Shown here: piece by piece, positions 12,201 through 24,550 of the stretch
Numbering within the stretch: the stretch's first letter is position 1
Layout of the letters: every line of letters starts with the position of its first letter
NCBI GenBank assembly: GCA_043228905.1
Contig: JBHGNT010000002.1
Location: 26,102,001-26,166,000, forward strand
Length of the DNA stretch: 64,000 bases
From: Azolla caroliniana
Taxonomy: Eukaryota; Plantae; Polypodiophyta
Reading direction: 5' to 3'
The notes under the pieces: generated by a model
What the model was told of the DNA's origin: nothing
What the model saw: only the letters and a program-made list of their open reading frames with translations
The model's database searches: none
Program-made: the position numbers and the translations under genes

Positions 12201-13138
12201 GAAATCAATGCATTCCAAGAGATTACATCATGGACGGGAATCTCATGAAACATTGCTTGGGCTTTTCTTACTTCACCACATTTGGCATACATATCCACCA
12301 AAGCATTTCCCAAAACAATGTCTTTCATCAACATGCGTCTACTGACGACCTCAGTGTGTATTTCTTTACCTTTATGAACTGATCCTATGCTGCCACATGC
12401 TTTTAATGCACAAGTGAAAGTAATTGCATCATGAGAGATAACCTCAATATACATTCTTCTAAAACAGATCAATGCATCTTCACAATGTCCTTGTTGAGCA
12501 TATCCAGAAATTAATGCATTCCAAGAAACCACATCTCGAACAACAAGTTCATTTACCAATTGATGTGCTTTCATTGATGAACCACATCTGGCATACATGT
12601 CAACCAATGCATTATCCAAAACAGCATCTTTTCCTAAAATCCCATTACTAATGATCTCATTGTGTATCTCTTTACCCTTATTGATATCTTGTATACGACC
12701 ACATGCCTTCAAAATGCATGTGAAAGCAATTGGATCAGGGAATATTCCCTCGTCTCGCATTCGTTCAAAGCAAAGGAGGGATTCTCTAGATTTCCTTTGA
12801 TTAGTATATGATGTGATTAAGATAGACCAAGACACAACATCACGGACACAAAGGTTTTCAAGAATTTCGGTAGCCTTTTCCATATTGCCACATCTAGCAT
12901 ACATGCTTATCAAAGCCCTCCCTAAATAAGGGCTCTTGTCAAGTAATCCCTTGTGTAGGATGTCCAAATACAGACAATTACCTTCTTTTAGGTCTTTGTT
13001 ATTGGCACAATCTTTTAGTAATGCCAAATAATACTCTGGACTCCCATAGTTTCTACTCGCAAAACCTCTCTCAATTCTCCTTCTTCTCATTTTCTCCTTT
13101 ATTTTTTTCTCGTTTGAAGCATGAATGGGCATCACCAT
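9239..13138 (-). CDS. PLS-class pentatricopeptide repeat protein (PPR gene 1), 1299 aa, E-type C-terminus, no DYW
   Basis: Single ORF with 11 near-regular ~102-aa P-L-S triplets (LGNALVDMYAKCG / RDVVSWNALISGY / PDxxTFTCILKACG). Ends with HQTCMVDLFGRVG, VWCTLLGACQTWGNV (E1) and AAYTCMVNIYASAG (E2). No HSE/CxxC/DYW motifs. Confidence 0.95.
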   Translation of the reverse strand: MVMPIHASNEKKIKEKMRRRRIERGFASRNYGSPEYYLALLKDCANNKDLKEGNCLYLDILHKGLLDKSPYLGRALISMYARCGNMEKATEILENLCVRDVVSWSILITSYTNQRKSRESLLCFERMRDEGIFPDPIAFTCILKACGRIQDINKGKEIHNEIISNGILGKDAVLDNALVDMYARCGSSMKAHQLVNELVVRDVVSWNALISGYAQQGHCEDALICFRRMYIEVISHDAITFTCALKACGSIGSVHKGKEIHTEVVSRRMLMKDIVLGNALVDMYAKCGEVRKAQAMFHEIPVHDVISWNALISGYVQKGQGEDAWNCFECMQIGGTSPDSITFTCMLKVCGWIGALDKGKQIHDEIIRNGLLQKDIVLGNCLVDMYAKCGALAKAQEVFNELPIQNVSSWNSLIVGYAQHGQLNDAFNYFETMQYDGQSPDVNTFADILKACGNIGAVDKGKQIHHEIVNQGLLEKHTVLGNAVVDMYAKCGRLAEARHVLYELPIRDVGSWSMLMAGYIQQDQFLDVLDCLEQMRCDNKFPDTIIFLYVLKACGNIRAISKGEQIYEEIVKKGWLEKSIALGNALVDMYSKCGVMAKAQQVFDELPVRDEVSWNALIGGFAQNGKVKAAFKCFEEMKSDGFHPNVVTFTCLLKACGNMGVIDRGKQIHEEIVNQGLLEKHFLLGNVLVDMYAKCGMLPKAKQVLNELPIRDEASWNSLITGYTLQGHGEEALICFEKMQNDGLFPNAITFTSILKACGSIKALDKGRKIHEEIVSKGLLGKDAILGNALVDMYGKCGDLLKAQQVFDGLLVRDVISWNALIAGYSQHGYGEDALNRFQIMQNDGVTPDSVTISCILKACSSIEALDKGRQIHNEILSKGWLRKDVVIGNSLVDMYVKCGALSKARQVCDELPIRDIVAWNALITGYVHKGEGENACKCFEQMKGNGICPDVVTFTCILKACGIIGAIDMGQEIHDEIVDKGFLEKHIMLGNALVDMYTKCGDVRRAQEVFDELNVRDIVSWNTMISGYTQLAMSEETFNCLRQMRADGLSPDAFTFTCILKVCGSMGAIDKGTKIHDEIVAKGLLNKHIMLGNALIDMYAKCGDLGKAQELFNKLLNRDTVTWNALISGYAQQRCTWQALNAFKRMQIEGQFADVVTFLSVLSSCSHSGLLNEGQMYYTKMVNTYGMSPSLEHQTCMVDLFGRVGLFDKAMEVIKSMDSPNYPVWCTLLGACQTWGNVKLGHVCFEQAIMIDNTGGAAYTCMVNIYASAGLHEDARNTETLRIQQRRSSLDSVAPFCG

Positions 13139-13280
13139 TCCTCTCCCTTCCGAAGCATTTTACGAAGGATTTGTGCAGAGCTCCAAAGGCAGAGAGACAT
13201 AGGTTCCTATGGCATTTCCATTGTTACGAAGATTTCTATTTTTCCAAATGTCTCTCTCTTCTTCTTCTTTTTCGTAAATA

Positions 13281-13283
<3 letters not shown>

Positions 13284-13330
<47 letters not shown>
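13284..13330. repeat. (CT/GA)n microsatellite upstream of PPR gene 1
   Basis: Perfect run of more than 20 CT units. Confidence 0.9.
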
Positions 13331-13333
<3 letters not shown>

Positions 13334-15591
13334 CCTGTTTTGGATATTTTGGGGAATGCCCTTGACAGTTTATTCATCGCTTCTTCATTTTTATTCTCTC
13401 CCAAGACGAAGAGGGTCATTCCTGCAAATAAAGTGAAACTCGGGAGCATTTTCCCTGAGTCTTTTTGCCCTATAATTTAATTTAATTGTCTATGAAACTA
13501 ATGCCGGCTATTTATCGGGGCGAGATGCATTTAGAGAACTTGCAAAACATTTAATTCTCGGTCGATTTTTGCAAGAATGAATTAATTCGTAAATCAGCGG
13601 GCGATTAATGGCCAAGGAGAGCAATGTTACTTGCAAGGTCTCCGGAGGGTTTTTTGAATAATTTGTTAGAAAAGACTAAGATGGTGCCCATAGATTCTTG
13701 AAATGATTATAGATGAACATGAATGGCAACATATACGATAGTCAAACCGTCAAAGTGATACAGAAATCAATCCAATCAAACTCTTTCCTTTCCTTTTTCT
13801 AGTGAGCCCAATTATTGTTCGGATATAACCTATGCACTTTGTTCCTCCAAATCTACAAGAGTTTTAAATCTACATTATGCTGACTTATTATATAATTAGC
13901 AATAACTCAATGTTGCCACCGTTGGATTCTAAGTGTCAAATCATAAATCTCAAAAGATATCTAGATCAGCACTTGTTATATATACCAAACCACATACATG
14001 CATGAATAGTGAACATTATTGGTACCATAGTATGAACCATACGTGAATCAATCATTCGAGTATGGTAAACACCCTCGAAGTATGATAAATACCATACTTT
14101 TGTATTCATTATTTATTATAAGGTAAACAAAATTTTAAGGTAAGAAAGTTAAGGTAAAAAGTGTAAAAAAAAACATAAGAATGTTTTTGATAACATACAC
14201 ATTCGTTTGCATTCATATAAAAAAGAATGTTTGCCAATGCATTCGAGTATATTACGTACTATGAATTTGGTACTATAGTTTATACTCGCACATCCAAATC
14301 ACCTACATGCATGAATAGTAAACATTATTGGTACTATAGTTTTCAATATTCCAATGGCTATCCACCTCAACTCATTCAACATAGTTGGCAAGTCTAGGAA
14401 GTTTCGTTAGTGTGACATGGGGGTCAAATTAGCCACTCTAAAGTACAAACTAACTCCACAAATAAGTGTTAGAACTTGGAAAGTCATACTCACACTCACC
14501 CATTAGAAATGCATTGTAAATCCAAGAACTTCAAATTTAGATATGTTTGATGAGGTTGTGGTTGCGGTATTTGTGACTCTTTGTGCATGCATTAAGAATC
14601 ATGATTTATTCTTAATACAAATGAAGATTGTTGTAGCAATTGAGATTTGACACTATTGATATTATTGAGTAAATTGTGTCTTTAGTTGGGAGTGTGTATT
14701 ATGAGTTTAATAATTTGGGAATTCATTCACAATTGATCATGTCATGGCCAAGGTTTCTTGTGTCCTATTAAAGAGCATACTTGGTTCTCATTTGTTTTCC
14801 CATGGACTACTATGAAGACCTAAAACTTAGATGAGGAGGTATATGGACTACTATGTTGGAGATTGTTTTGACTCTAATGGAGGGGAGGTTTTGCAATTGG
14901 CAACAACCATTGTCTAGGATAACCAAGAGTATGAATTAACTAATAGTTGCCAACAGATATTGCAAGGAAATTTTGAATTTGGATCTTGTTTCAATCCAAC
15001 ATCTCCAAACATGTTAAAAAAAAAAAACAAGTAAGATCCTCCCTTAAGTGCAAAGATTTCAAGCTTCCTTGATGATTAAAGCCTTACAGAAAAATATGCA
15101 AACTTTCAATTCCATGCTCAAAACAAACTTCTAGGATAGGAAATGTGATATGATTATTCAAGACCCTCACGTCTGAACTTGCAATGGGAGCCAATACGCA
15201 TTGCATTGTACACAATAGGATAGTCAAATCCACACTTGGCCTGAAGATGTGACGTACTATTCCATTTTGGTTCAACATGAACAAGTTTCAAAATCTAGCC
15301 ATAATCTAGCCATGTGTACTTCAAATAGATAAATGTCAATGATCTATGGGAACTACTCTCCTCATTGTATATATTACAAGACCCACGATTGGAGTCCACG
15401 GTGTTAGAAACAGAAAAAGAATAGTTGTAGCAAGGAGCTTGGAAACTCCCAAAGAAAACAAGTGTCACAAATGTATGTATAAACTACACAATAATTTATA
15501 CAGACCAATCAGAGTTATGCATTTAGCTCTACCAGCATATTTTTGTTATGCATTCCCCCTAGTGTCAAAACAAACCCTATAGATAGAGAAA

Positions 15592-18500
15592 TCAGCTTGC
15601 CTGATCACCTGTATGATGTGGTAGAGACCTTGGGGAGCTCCCAAATAGAGAGGAGGTGGTCGATATAGTGCTTATGGAGGTACTGGACTGGGTCTGCAAG
15701 AGTTCCAAGTGGCGGAGGAGGCGGCCAGCCAACTGTTTGAGGTTGGGTGGACACGTGTACAAAAGCGTGACAATGTGGGGTTGTGCTTGTGCACCATACT
15801 TGGACCGGAAGTCTGGCACACTAAACAACTTCTCGCAGAGGCGGGACGCAAGCTCTTGGACTTGGGGAACTTCGCTACTCATTAATTCAATAATGGTACC
15901 AAAACCACCCGCTTCTTCGATGGCCTTGCAACCCTCCAGAAGGGACACTTGCTCAATCTCTTCTCCCTTAGTTTTGGATGGAATTGACCCCTCCCTTGTG
16001 CTTATTGGACCTTTTTGTGTGATTAGTAATGTCCCTATTGCCATAAGCAATGATGCTTGCATTGAACTACTCGTTGGTTTCAATGCTCTTGTCTCTCCTA
16101 TTGCATCTAATAATATTGGCAATGCCCCTGCCTCCACTAAACAAAATGTGCCCTCCACACTACACTTCCCTCCATGTACCCTACACCCTTGCATTCTGTC
16201 TTTTCCCTCATCATTTTTCCCTCCATATATGCACCCAAAGCATCCCATCTTCTTCTTCTTTTTCTTCTTCTTCTTCTTCTTCCTGTTCTCCAACTTGCTA
16301 AGCTCCCATGTACTCATTGAGAAATTGCACAGTGCCTTTACAGCCTTCTCTTTTGCTGTAACTCCACTTGAAGATCTCAACAATCCTATACAGACCTCAA
16401 TCGTGCCTGCCATTGCTGCACTTGCTTGCATGTCTTTATCGGAAGGTAGTGTGAAACGCAACAAAATCGTCAGTGCTGCCAGCACTATTTCCTCATTCTT
16501 GTTGCTTTTCAAGAGATTAATAAGGGTTGGTAACAATTCATGTTCTTGGAGTAGTAACTTGGTGATGTTAGTATCTTTACTGGGAAGACATGCAATGAAA
16601 GATAAGGCTAATTTTAGCTCATTCTCCCGTTTCATGTCAGAGAAGAGATTGGCAATGCGAGGTATCGAAGTAGGTTGAGCCAATATTGCCGACACTGCTT
16701 CATGGGGGAATTTCAAGGCAACACATGAGAGAAGCTGTAAGCATAAGCACCGAAGAGGTATGAAGCTCAGATCATCTGATGCAATATAAAGCTGAAACAA
16801 GCAAGGAAATGCATTGAAATCCTTCATTAATAGTTCGGGTAATGCAAAAGAAGATGACTGGCATTGAGCAAGATTGAGAAGGCCTTGCAAAAGCTGAAGT
16901 TGCAGACGCATCGGCGTTGGAGGTTTTAACAATCCTAAATATGTCTTTACTGCCTCCACAATATGGCTGTCATCAAATGGTAAGGCATTGCAAGACCATA
17001 CATTTGAGAGAATAGTCGCACATCCTTGCCTTGTTTTGAGTGAATCCCGAACACCTGCCCCAAGGATCCTTACAAGAGAATCCAATGTCCCCCCAGACTT
17101 CTGCAGCCCTACTCTCGCAGCTGGTATTGAAGAAAGTTTTTCTAGTGCCATCACAGCAGCTTTTCTTTCATCATCATTGAGACTCCTCACCATTTGCACG
17201 AGGGTTTGAAGAGTGGCCTCCACGAGCTTATTCATAGTGACATCTGACATATGTAAGCGCCCCAATGTATTTGCCATCAATACCCTCGACTCTGTTTCCC
17301 CTGCAAATTCATCCACCTCAAGAATGTTATGTTAGCACCAATCATATAAATATTACCTGGCTAAATTAAGAAGTAAATGCATTTCCTTTATATAAAAGGC
17401 CTCCACAAATTATTGCTTATAGATTCACAACATTGCCTATTAAAAATCTAATTTCTAATGTATAACATGATGTTATGACCACAGCTAATAACATAAGAAT
17501 GATGGTTGTTGTCATAGAGTTTGTGCTTTGCAACATCTTTGGGTTGTGGGTTCAAGTCTCAAGTCTGATAAATTTATTATAAAAGAAAAACTCTTCAATA
17601 TTGTAGTTTCAGATCACGCACTGCACACTAGTAGTTTTGCTCCTAACCAAACGCCTTTACAACATTAATATTATCACAACAAGATGGAAATGACAGCATT
17701 TACATTGATATGGAAATGCTAATAAAAGATATTAGTGATTGCACAAATGATGGGAGAAGCAGCAATTCAATGAAAATTTAAAAAAAACATGAAGGGTACA
17801 AAATCTCTAATGGAGTGAACCACCTACCTAATGGCACTACCCTTTGGATGGACAGTAGAGGAAAAAATTACTAAAATATCCCTACCTTTTTGGACATTAA
17901 CCATAATACCGTTAAGTTCTAAAACAATTTACCAGGATACCCCATCATAGTACAAAAATGTACTGTTACATAAGGGTACTACTATGGTAATTTGGATCTT
18001 ACAAAGTTCTACACCCCAACATGATTCTACCTCACCTTCTTGAAGCCGTGCAATGAGGGGCTCCATGATGTTGAGCTCTGCCATAATCACTGCATTCTCA
18101 TCACACTTTGGTAGATTTTCGAAGATTGTGTTCACATTGTCAGTGCAAGTCGGATTGTTAATGAATGTCACCAAGAACAAGATCACACTAGGTGTGCGGC
18201 TAATCCTTTCAGCTATTTCTTTGTTATGAGAGAGTGTACACAATAGCTGGATGCACGAAGGTGCCTCTTCACTCTGACGAGCCAATGATCTAACCACAAT
18301 CTCTACAAGATTCATTTCCAACATGATCTCCTACACATCAAAATCATAATCCTTTAGGACATGGAGAATGGGAATAGATCAGGGAAGCAAATAACCAAGA
18401 GCCCAATAAACTATTTTATTATTAGACGATAACTACCTGGCACTCCTCATTAACTGCAAGGACATCCAATAGAGATATTGCCTTCTGTCTCAACTCACAA

Positions 18501-19912
18501 TCGTTTGCTTCCGCAAGTTGCACCAATAAAGGTATAACATTCTCCGAAACAACCTCCTGTTTCAAAAGACTATCCTCTTCACAAAGACATATCAAAACTT
18601 GAAGAGCCTTCATATAGTCCTCCTTGCTTCCAGGCCCAGACACAGTGCGGTGCAAGAAATTGCAAGCCATCTTCACTGTTATGTTGTTGTTCCTTCCTCT
18701 CCGTTCAACAATGGATTGCTTCGATGCTATATGTTGCTTAAAATTGCTATCTGATAGCTCTATGCCTGAGGGGCATCGGCCCCTAGCGACCCATGTTTCA
18801 ATAGCTGATCTTTCATCGGCTAGTTTGGATGCAATTTGCACAGGATCCAGCAGAACTTCTTGCATGATAGGGCAAACAAAGGACTCAAGGGGCGGCAAGG
18901 TGGTTCTTGATGAATGTGAAGCTTCAGCCTTATTGTTCCTCGAATGAACAATTGGCTCCATGGAAAGACCTTTGTCAAGGGAACCTTCTTTCTCGTTGCT
19001 CCTTGAATGATTGATAAGGTCAATGGCAATACGTTTCTCAAGCAAATCTTTTTTCTCTTTGCTACTCGATTGATCAATGGGATCAACGAATAGATCTTTC
19101 TGAAGAACAACTTTTTTCTCATTCCTATCAGAGAAAAAAGGAGCAGTGGAAAGTCCATTGTCATGCAAATTTTTGGTCTCATTGATTGGATCGATACAAA
19201 GACATTTTTCGAGCACATCAATACACTTCTGAATAAACACATAGTGTTCAACATTATTGGGCTTTACATCTTCTTTGCTTTTGCGTTCCATCTTCAGTTT
19301 CATGAACTCAGCCAAGAAACCATGGGCATAATCAGAGCTGTCAAACCCTAAGCAATCGGCAATTTGTTCACAAACCATCAAATCAAGGTTACCCTTTTGG
19401 AGGGCAAGGAGCAAACTTTCGTCTTTTGGGTTGAACCTAATAGATCCAAAACCTTCTGTGAGAGCATTCTTCTGCGCTGAGAGGCGTGCTATGACACGAC
19501 TCGACCATCGCTCATCGAGAGAGAGCGATTCAATGACCGCTCTAACAGCAGCATAGAACCTCTTGATACGAAAAACTATGTAAGGGAAGCTTAAAAGCAA
19601 GTAAAGAGAGCACCTTGAGGAATATTCCTCCTCGAGAAGATTCTCCATGTCCGAGAGCTCTTGCTCAATCCTCCGAGCATTCGACAGCGAGAGGGAGGCT
19701 CCGAGCACCTGGGATTCATGTTGGAGCTCTTTGAACAGGGATGAGAGGTCATGGAGGCGAGACGAAAAGGGGGAGAGGAGGAGGCTAGGGAGACGATCCG
19801 ATGGTCGGGAGCAAACGTTGTTGGATCGGAGGGCTAACAACGAGAATCGCCTGCTAGCATCAGAAGCCCATAAGGGGGTCTCTGCAGTGTGATGATGAGA
19901 GGAAGCTTCCAT
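15592..19912 (-). CDS. U-box/armadillo-repeat E3 ligase-like protein, SAUL1/PUB43-PUB44-like, ~1159 aa, 3 exons
   Basis: Exons 19912-18437, 18330-18036, 17300-15592 join in frame via GT-AG (phase 0, then phase 1; 3480 nt). U-box-like PLESFVCPIMQEVLLDPV..ERSAIETW..CP, ARM-type repeats (ENAVIMAELNIMEPLIARLQEG), and family motifs RFTLPSD and CRVHGGKCSVEGTFCLVEAGA. Confidence 0.88.
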
Positions 19913-20292
19913 GGGAGCTGTGCAGGGGGGAGGAATCAGAGGGGGGGGGGGGGAAAGGGTCTTTGCTTGACCTGATTCAACCCATTATGGCAATTTCCTA
20001 TTCCTATTCAGATCAAAAAAAGGAATAAAGAGAAAGTCATGTGAGCCATGACTTTATCTATGTATGTATGTATGTTAATGTATGTATGCATGCATGCATG
20101 TATGTATGTATGTATGTATGTATGTATGTATGTATGTATCAAATTAAAAACACAACTATACTACTAATTGTGGCCCCCCGGGGACCACCACCACAATTAG
20201 CTGCTCCATAACTAACCACTGGATAGAAACTGGACCCCAGTCGGACTCTCTTCATCATCTTGGTCAAACTGAGCAAGTGTTCACACATGACT

Positions 20293-20332
<40 letters not shown>

Positions 20333-20692
20333 ATGATTTTGGTCAAAATGAGGAGCAACTGTCCACACCTGTCACTACGGTGAGCTCGAAGTCAAGTCAA
20401 TTTCGCCCATGTAGGCATAACATATATATACATGTCAACCCTTTTTGACTTTGTTATTCAAGCGAATTTGTGGCCTCGGTCTTTGACTTTGTCGATGTGG
20501 CAAGTCAAGATCGGGGCCTGTGTTGGAATAACCCTGAGCCCCTCTACCTCCCACCAAGTCCTTCCATGTCATCAAACTAGGAAAGCATAACCTTGAAAGA
20601 GAAAGAATAAGTATGTTAGTAGAGCAAGTCTTCCATCTTGTCGACTCCATTATAGTTCCATTTCAAGAGGGTTGTGTCTGCATATGTACACA

Positions 20693-21684
20693 TGGTACCA
20701 ACTCTGTGACTTGATTCCATATAACTCGATGATGTGGTCCAAGACTATAACGACATGTCATGTCATTGAAGCTTGATAGGTGAACTTGGTCATTTACACA
20801 TCTGCAGTTGATTTCAGCCCCATCTTTGCTTAAAAAAAAGGCTTTTCCAGGCTCTTGTTCAGCTAATGACCATGGGAATATAACTTTCCTTAGTACTTGT
20901 GCCCCATCTAGATGAAGATCACAAGATTTAAGACTAGATATTGCAAAAAGGCGGCATTATTATTCAAATGGATAAGATTACAACACATTTGAGTGTGTAG
21001 GTTGTTGCAACCTGCCCCTTGGTTTCAAGAACATGCAAATGCGTTGTGGCACCTACATAAAGCACAATCCTGGTGGAAAAACAGGCTTACGGGCTTATGG
21101 AACTCTAGTCTTCTACGTAAGCAACAGGTATTCCTATGGAGATGCCTATTGGGTATGCTCCCGATTGGGTCAAATCTTCAAAAGCGATTGATAGCCTCCC
21201 CAACATTGTGCCCAATGGGGTGGACAATCGGAAACAGTCTGACACTTATTATGGACTTGCTCATTTAGTATAACATTTCTACAAATAAAAAGTGCATCTC
21301 GTTATCACAGATTTCTTGGCCGGAGGTTTGGGAAACACTTTTGGTTATTTGGATAGAGTTCGTGTGCTCTACCCAACAATGCCTATTTTTTTCTCCAATG
21401 GACAAGACTTTGGGCACTCTGGACCATGTGGATAGCCCCCAATAACAAGGTCTTTCATTGAAACCAATTGCATGAAGTTAGCTTCTTTAAGCAATCCCTC
21501 AAGCAATCTTTGTTTGATTGTCTGCAATTTAGAGACATCACACCGCAAATTTACACTCTTTACTTTGAGTGCTTCCAAGCTCTTTAGTGTCTAATTGACA
21601 CTTGTATACTTCTCTTTATTCTCTGTGGGTTTTTCACCTCACTTTGAGGTTTCCCACTAGTAATAAAAGTGTTACTAAAAAAAA
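20693..21684 (+). mobile_element. Degenerate 5'-truncated non-LTR retrotransposon (LINE) 3' end, zf-RVT region
   Basis: ORF 20993-21268 (LWNSSLLRKQQVFLWRCLLGMLPIGSNLQKR...CP) matches the zf-RVT pattern and then frameshifts. AATAAA at ~21662 and an A-run at 21677-21684. Candidate TSD catatgtacaca at 20681-20692 and 21685-21696. The 5' boundary is uncertain. Confidence 0.7.
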
Positions 21685-22727
21685 CATATGTACACAAGGA
21701 ATGTAAGTGAAATTATTAGCCTTTGACAAGCATGTATATGTGTGGAAGCCTATAACTAAAATAAGCGTGAGAAAAGGATGAGTGAACAAATAAAGACAAA
21801 ATGAGTATGAGCTTATAATAGTAAACGATACTCAAAATGTGATGAGAGGAAATGCACATGGTATGATCCACAACGCACATATAACTAAGAAACAACAACA
21901 TCTCATTCATCATGAACGATTAATGTCATGTTATGGAACGTATCAATACAACTAACCTGATACAATGAATTAACACAAAAAAAGATGGAAGATGCATATG
22001 GTTGCATGAATTTGCAAACAAATAAATATGTAGAGATGCCTAATATGTGTGGAAGAAAAAGAACTTTGACCTGCAAAGTACAATGGTTCTAAAGAGGCTA
22101 GAGTGTAATATTTAGATAAATCATACATGCATTTACATGTACCACCTAAAATGTAGGAATAAATTAATAATTAAGGTCATGTGGTAAAATACTAGACACA
22201 TAGAAGGGACAACATAATATCCATCCTATTTGACACATTTGTGTGTAAAACATATGAGGTAGGTATAAACAATATATGTTTTTACATCATATGTAGCATC
22301 CATGGAGAGGTGTACAAATGCATAATAAGTATGTACGGGTTTTAAGTTACTAAAATTAAGAAACTTGTTACAAACAACAATAAATTGAAGGGAATGACAT
22401 GGTGTTATGACTAAATGAGGTTCCAACAAGGTTCCTTTCCTCTCAAGGCACGAAGAGATTTGAAGAAGAAGAAGAAGAAGAGGACCAACAACTATATGTA
22501 GTCAAGACATCGTGCCTATTTTTTTTGTAATAAAAATACACATAGAGACTATACAAAAATACTTCCATCTAAAACCAAGAAAATAACTTGCTATATGTAG
22601 TCGAAACGTATGAGACAAAGTGCTTAAGACTTATCTCTTTGTAACATGGTTAGATAAACCATAACTTATAAGTATAGAGTTGTATGTCTTCTTGATTTCC
22701 TATGTTTTTTTAATTCCAAAACAAAAT

Positions 22728-23670
22728 ATCCTTCCATTAGTTTTAAAAAACCTATCAAGTACAAACTACAAAAGAGATGAAAAAGAAGAGGAAAAAGGAC
22801 TATCCCAATGATTAGCCATGCATCCTGCTGCCTACTTTCATCATACGAGAAAATGACATCATAATAATTAGACACCTTACACAAGCCTTCAAGGATAGAG
22901 TTGTATAGCATCCTCATTCTTATCCTACTCAATATATCCCAATAACATGGCAAGCCGTTGTATCATATCTCCTCGAATCATATGTGATAAATGGCGACCT
23001 TCAACTTGCCTTCATTACATAAGACTTTGCAAGTATAATTATTCGTGATCGCTCCAACATGTATGTTATCATCTTAAAACCGTAGGTCCAATTGAAGCTT
23101 CAACCATTGCTTCACAACGTCTTCTATATCCTAAGTAAACAAGCTTCCAACCTGGTTCTATATTCCCTCCATTCTCTTGAAACTACCTCGTATACATGAA
23201 GACAATGAACCACTTGTATGCTCACACAACTTCGGAGAACCATAACATGCAGAACATTCTTTAAATTACATCGTTCTGCCACATCCACTCCTTGTTGGAA
23301 ATGAAAACCTTGATCCTTCCTATTAGCATTACTTTCGCGAACATCCTAAGGATCACCCATTTCTTTCCACTAGCAATAAATTCTCAAACTGTGCTCATGC
23401 TTCAATTGTTGCTCCACCTTCACAATACCAATCTTCGCTGATCCATGCCCAACATATCTTGTAATAGATGCATTTCACAAGAGAACATGTTTTTTTGCAA
23501 GAATATCATTTACATCTCGAACTGAAATATCATCGACTATTTTTTGTGTTTTTTTTCAAGATTGGCACATATAGCATATATATCCAACAAAGCATTCCCA
23601 AGCTCAATATTGTCTTCTAACAGCCTCTTACTCATAATTTCAATGTGATTTTCTATGCATGTCAATCACT
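22728..23670 (-). pseudogene. Decayed PPR relic(s): PLS-type fragment followed by P-type fragments
   Basis: Minus-strand reading at ~23650-23500 gives HIEIMSKRLLEDNIELGNALLDIYAICANLEK and, after a frameshift, DDISVRDV. Further down are LQSLCNEGKLKVA (~23030) and LYNSILEGLCK (~22900). Stops and frameshifts occur throughout. Confidence 0.65.
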
Positions 23671-24550
23671 CTTTCACCTTGATTTCCTATGTTATTGGAG
23701 TTAATTATGTAATTAGTCATGGTTATCAAGCAAGTTCAATTTTGATTTAATCTCTTTCATTTATCATGGTGAACAATTAGAGTGAGCTTAGGATTAGATT
23801 CCACCTAATGAACTAGCAAATTTGTTAGTGAGCTCGAGAGAGATTGACACTTTCTCTCACCCAACTCACCATCTAGAGGAAGTTACTCCACCTAAACCTT
23901 GATACAACAATTGATAAAGTTAGTAATTCTATCATTAATTAAGCTATAAGAGGCCATGCTTCCTACAAAAGAGTTATAGGGTTTGAAACTAACCTCCTTG
24001 ATTCACTAAAAAATGTTTGTTTTCACTTGGCTATCATATCACGACACAAAAGTATCACAACAATTGCTCACACACTTTTGCAACGGATAAGCATGCTTGA
24101 ATTAGAGGTGGTGCACATCTTGTGCCAAGGTAACATTACATTATTGGGGAAGAACATGTCGATCTGGCACAAAATTATGTGACTCACAACTTATTGTCTG
24201 ATTTGTTGAGGAGGAGAAGGTTTTGAGTATGGACTATAGCAATTTAGATTATGCGATTGGTTTGGAGATATGAGAGAGCTTAAAAAGACAAAGATAAGAA
24301 ACAATTAGACATTGGGCTCCTATAGAGTGTGAATTGTTTTTCTGCTTTCACTCAATCTAAATAACCAATCCCCAATCCAAATGGGTCATTTAGATTAATT
24401 CGTTTCTACATCATACTAGGGATGATAACAAGGATTCTACATTCAAGTGGCCCTTTATGGAACATTTTCGTCATTGTAGGTGTATTGACTAGTTTCCCAT
24501 TTTCGCAGTATCAATGGTAAACTAGTAATAGGCGTCCTGGCAAGGAGATT

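Noticed and set aside
9391-12800. Many plus-strand ORFs overlapping PPR gene 1 (similar ones over PPR genes 2-4)
   Set aside because: These are antisense shadows recurring with the 306-bp PLS period, with no independent protein features.
15656-16678. 340-aa plus-strand ORF
   Set aside because: It is the antisense frame of U-box/ARM exon 3; its poly-F mirrors the poly-K tract.
24300-24550. TSD or 5' inversion for the 24.5-kb LINE
   Set aside because: No convincing match to the sequence following the poly(A) tail.
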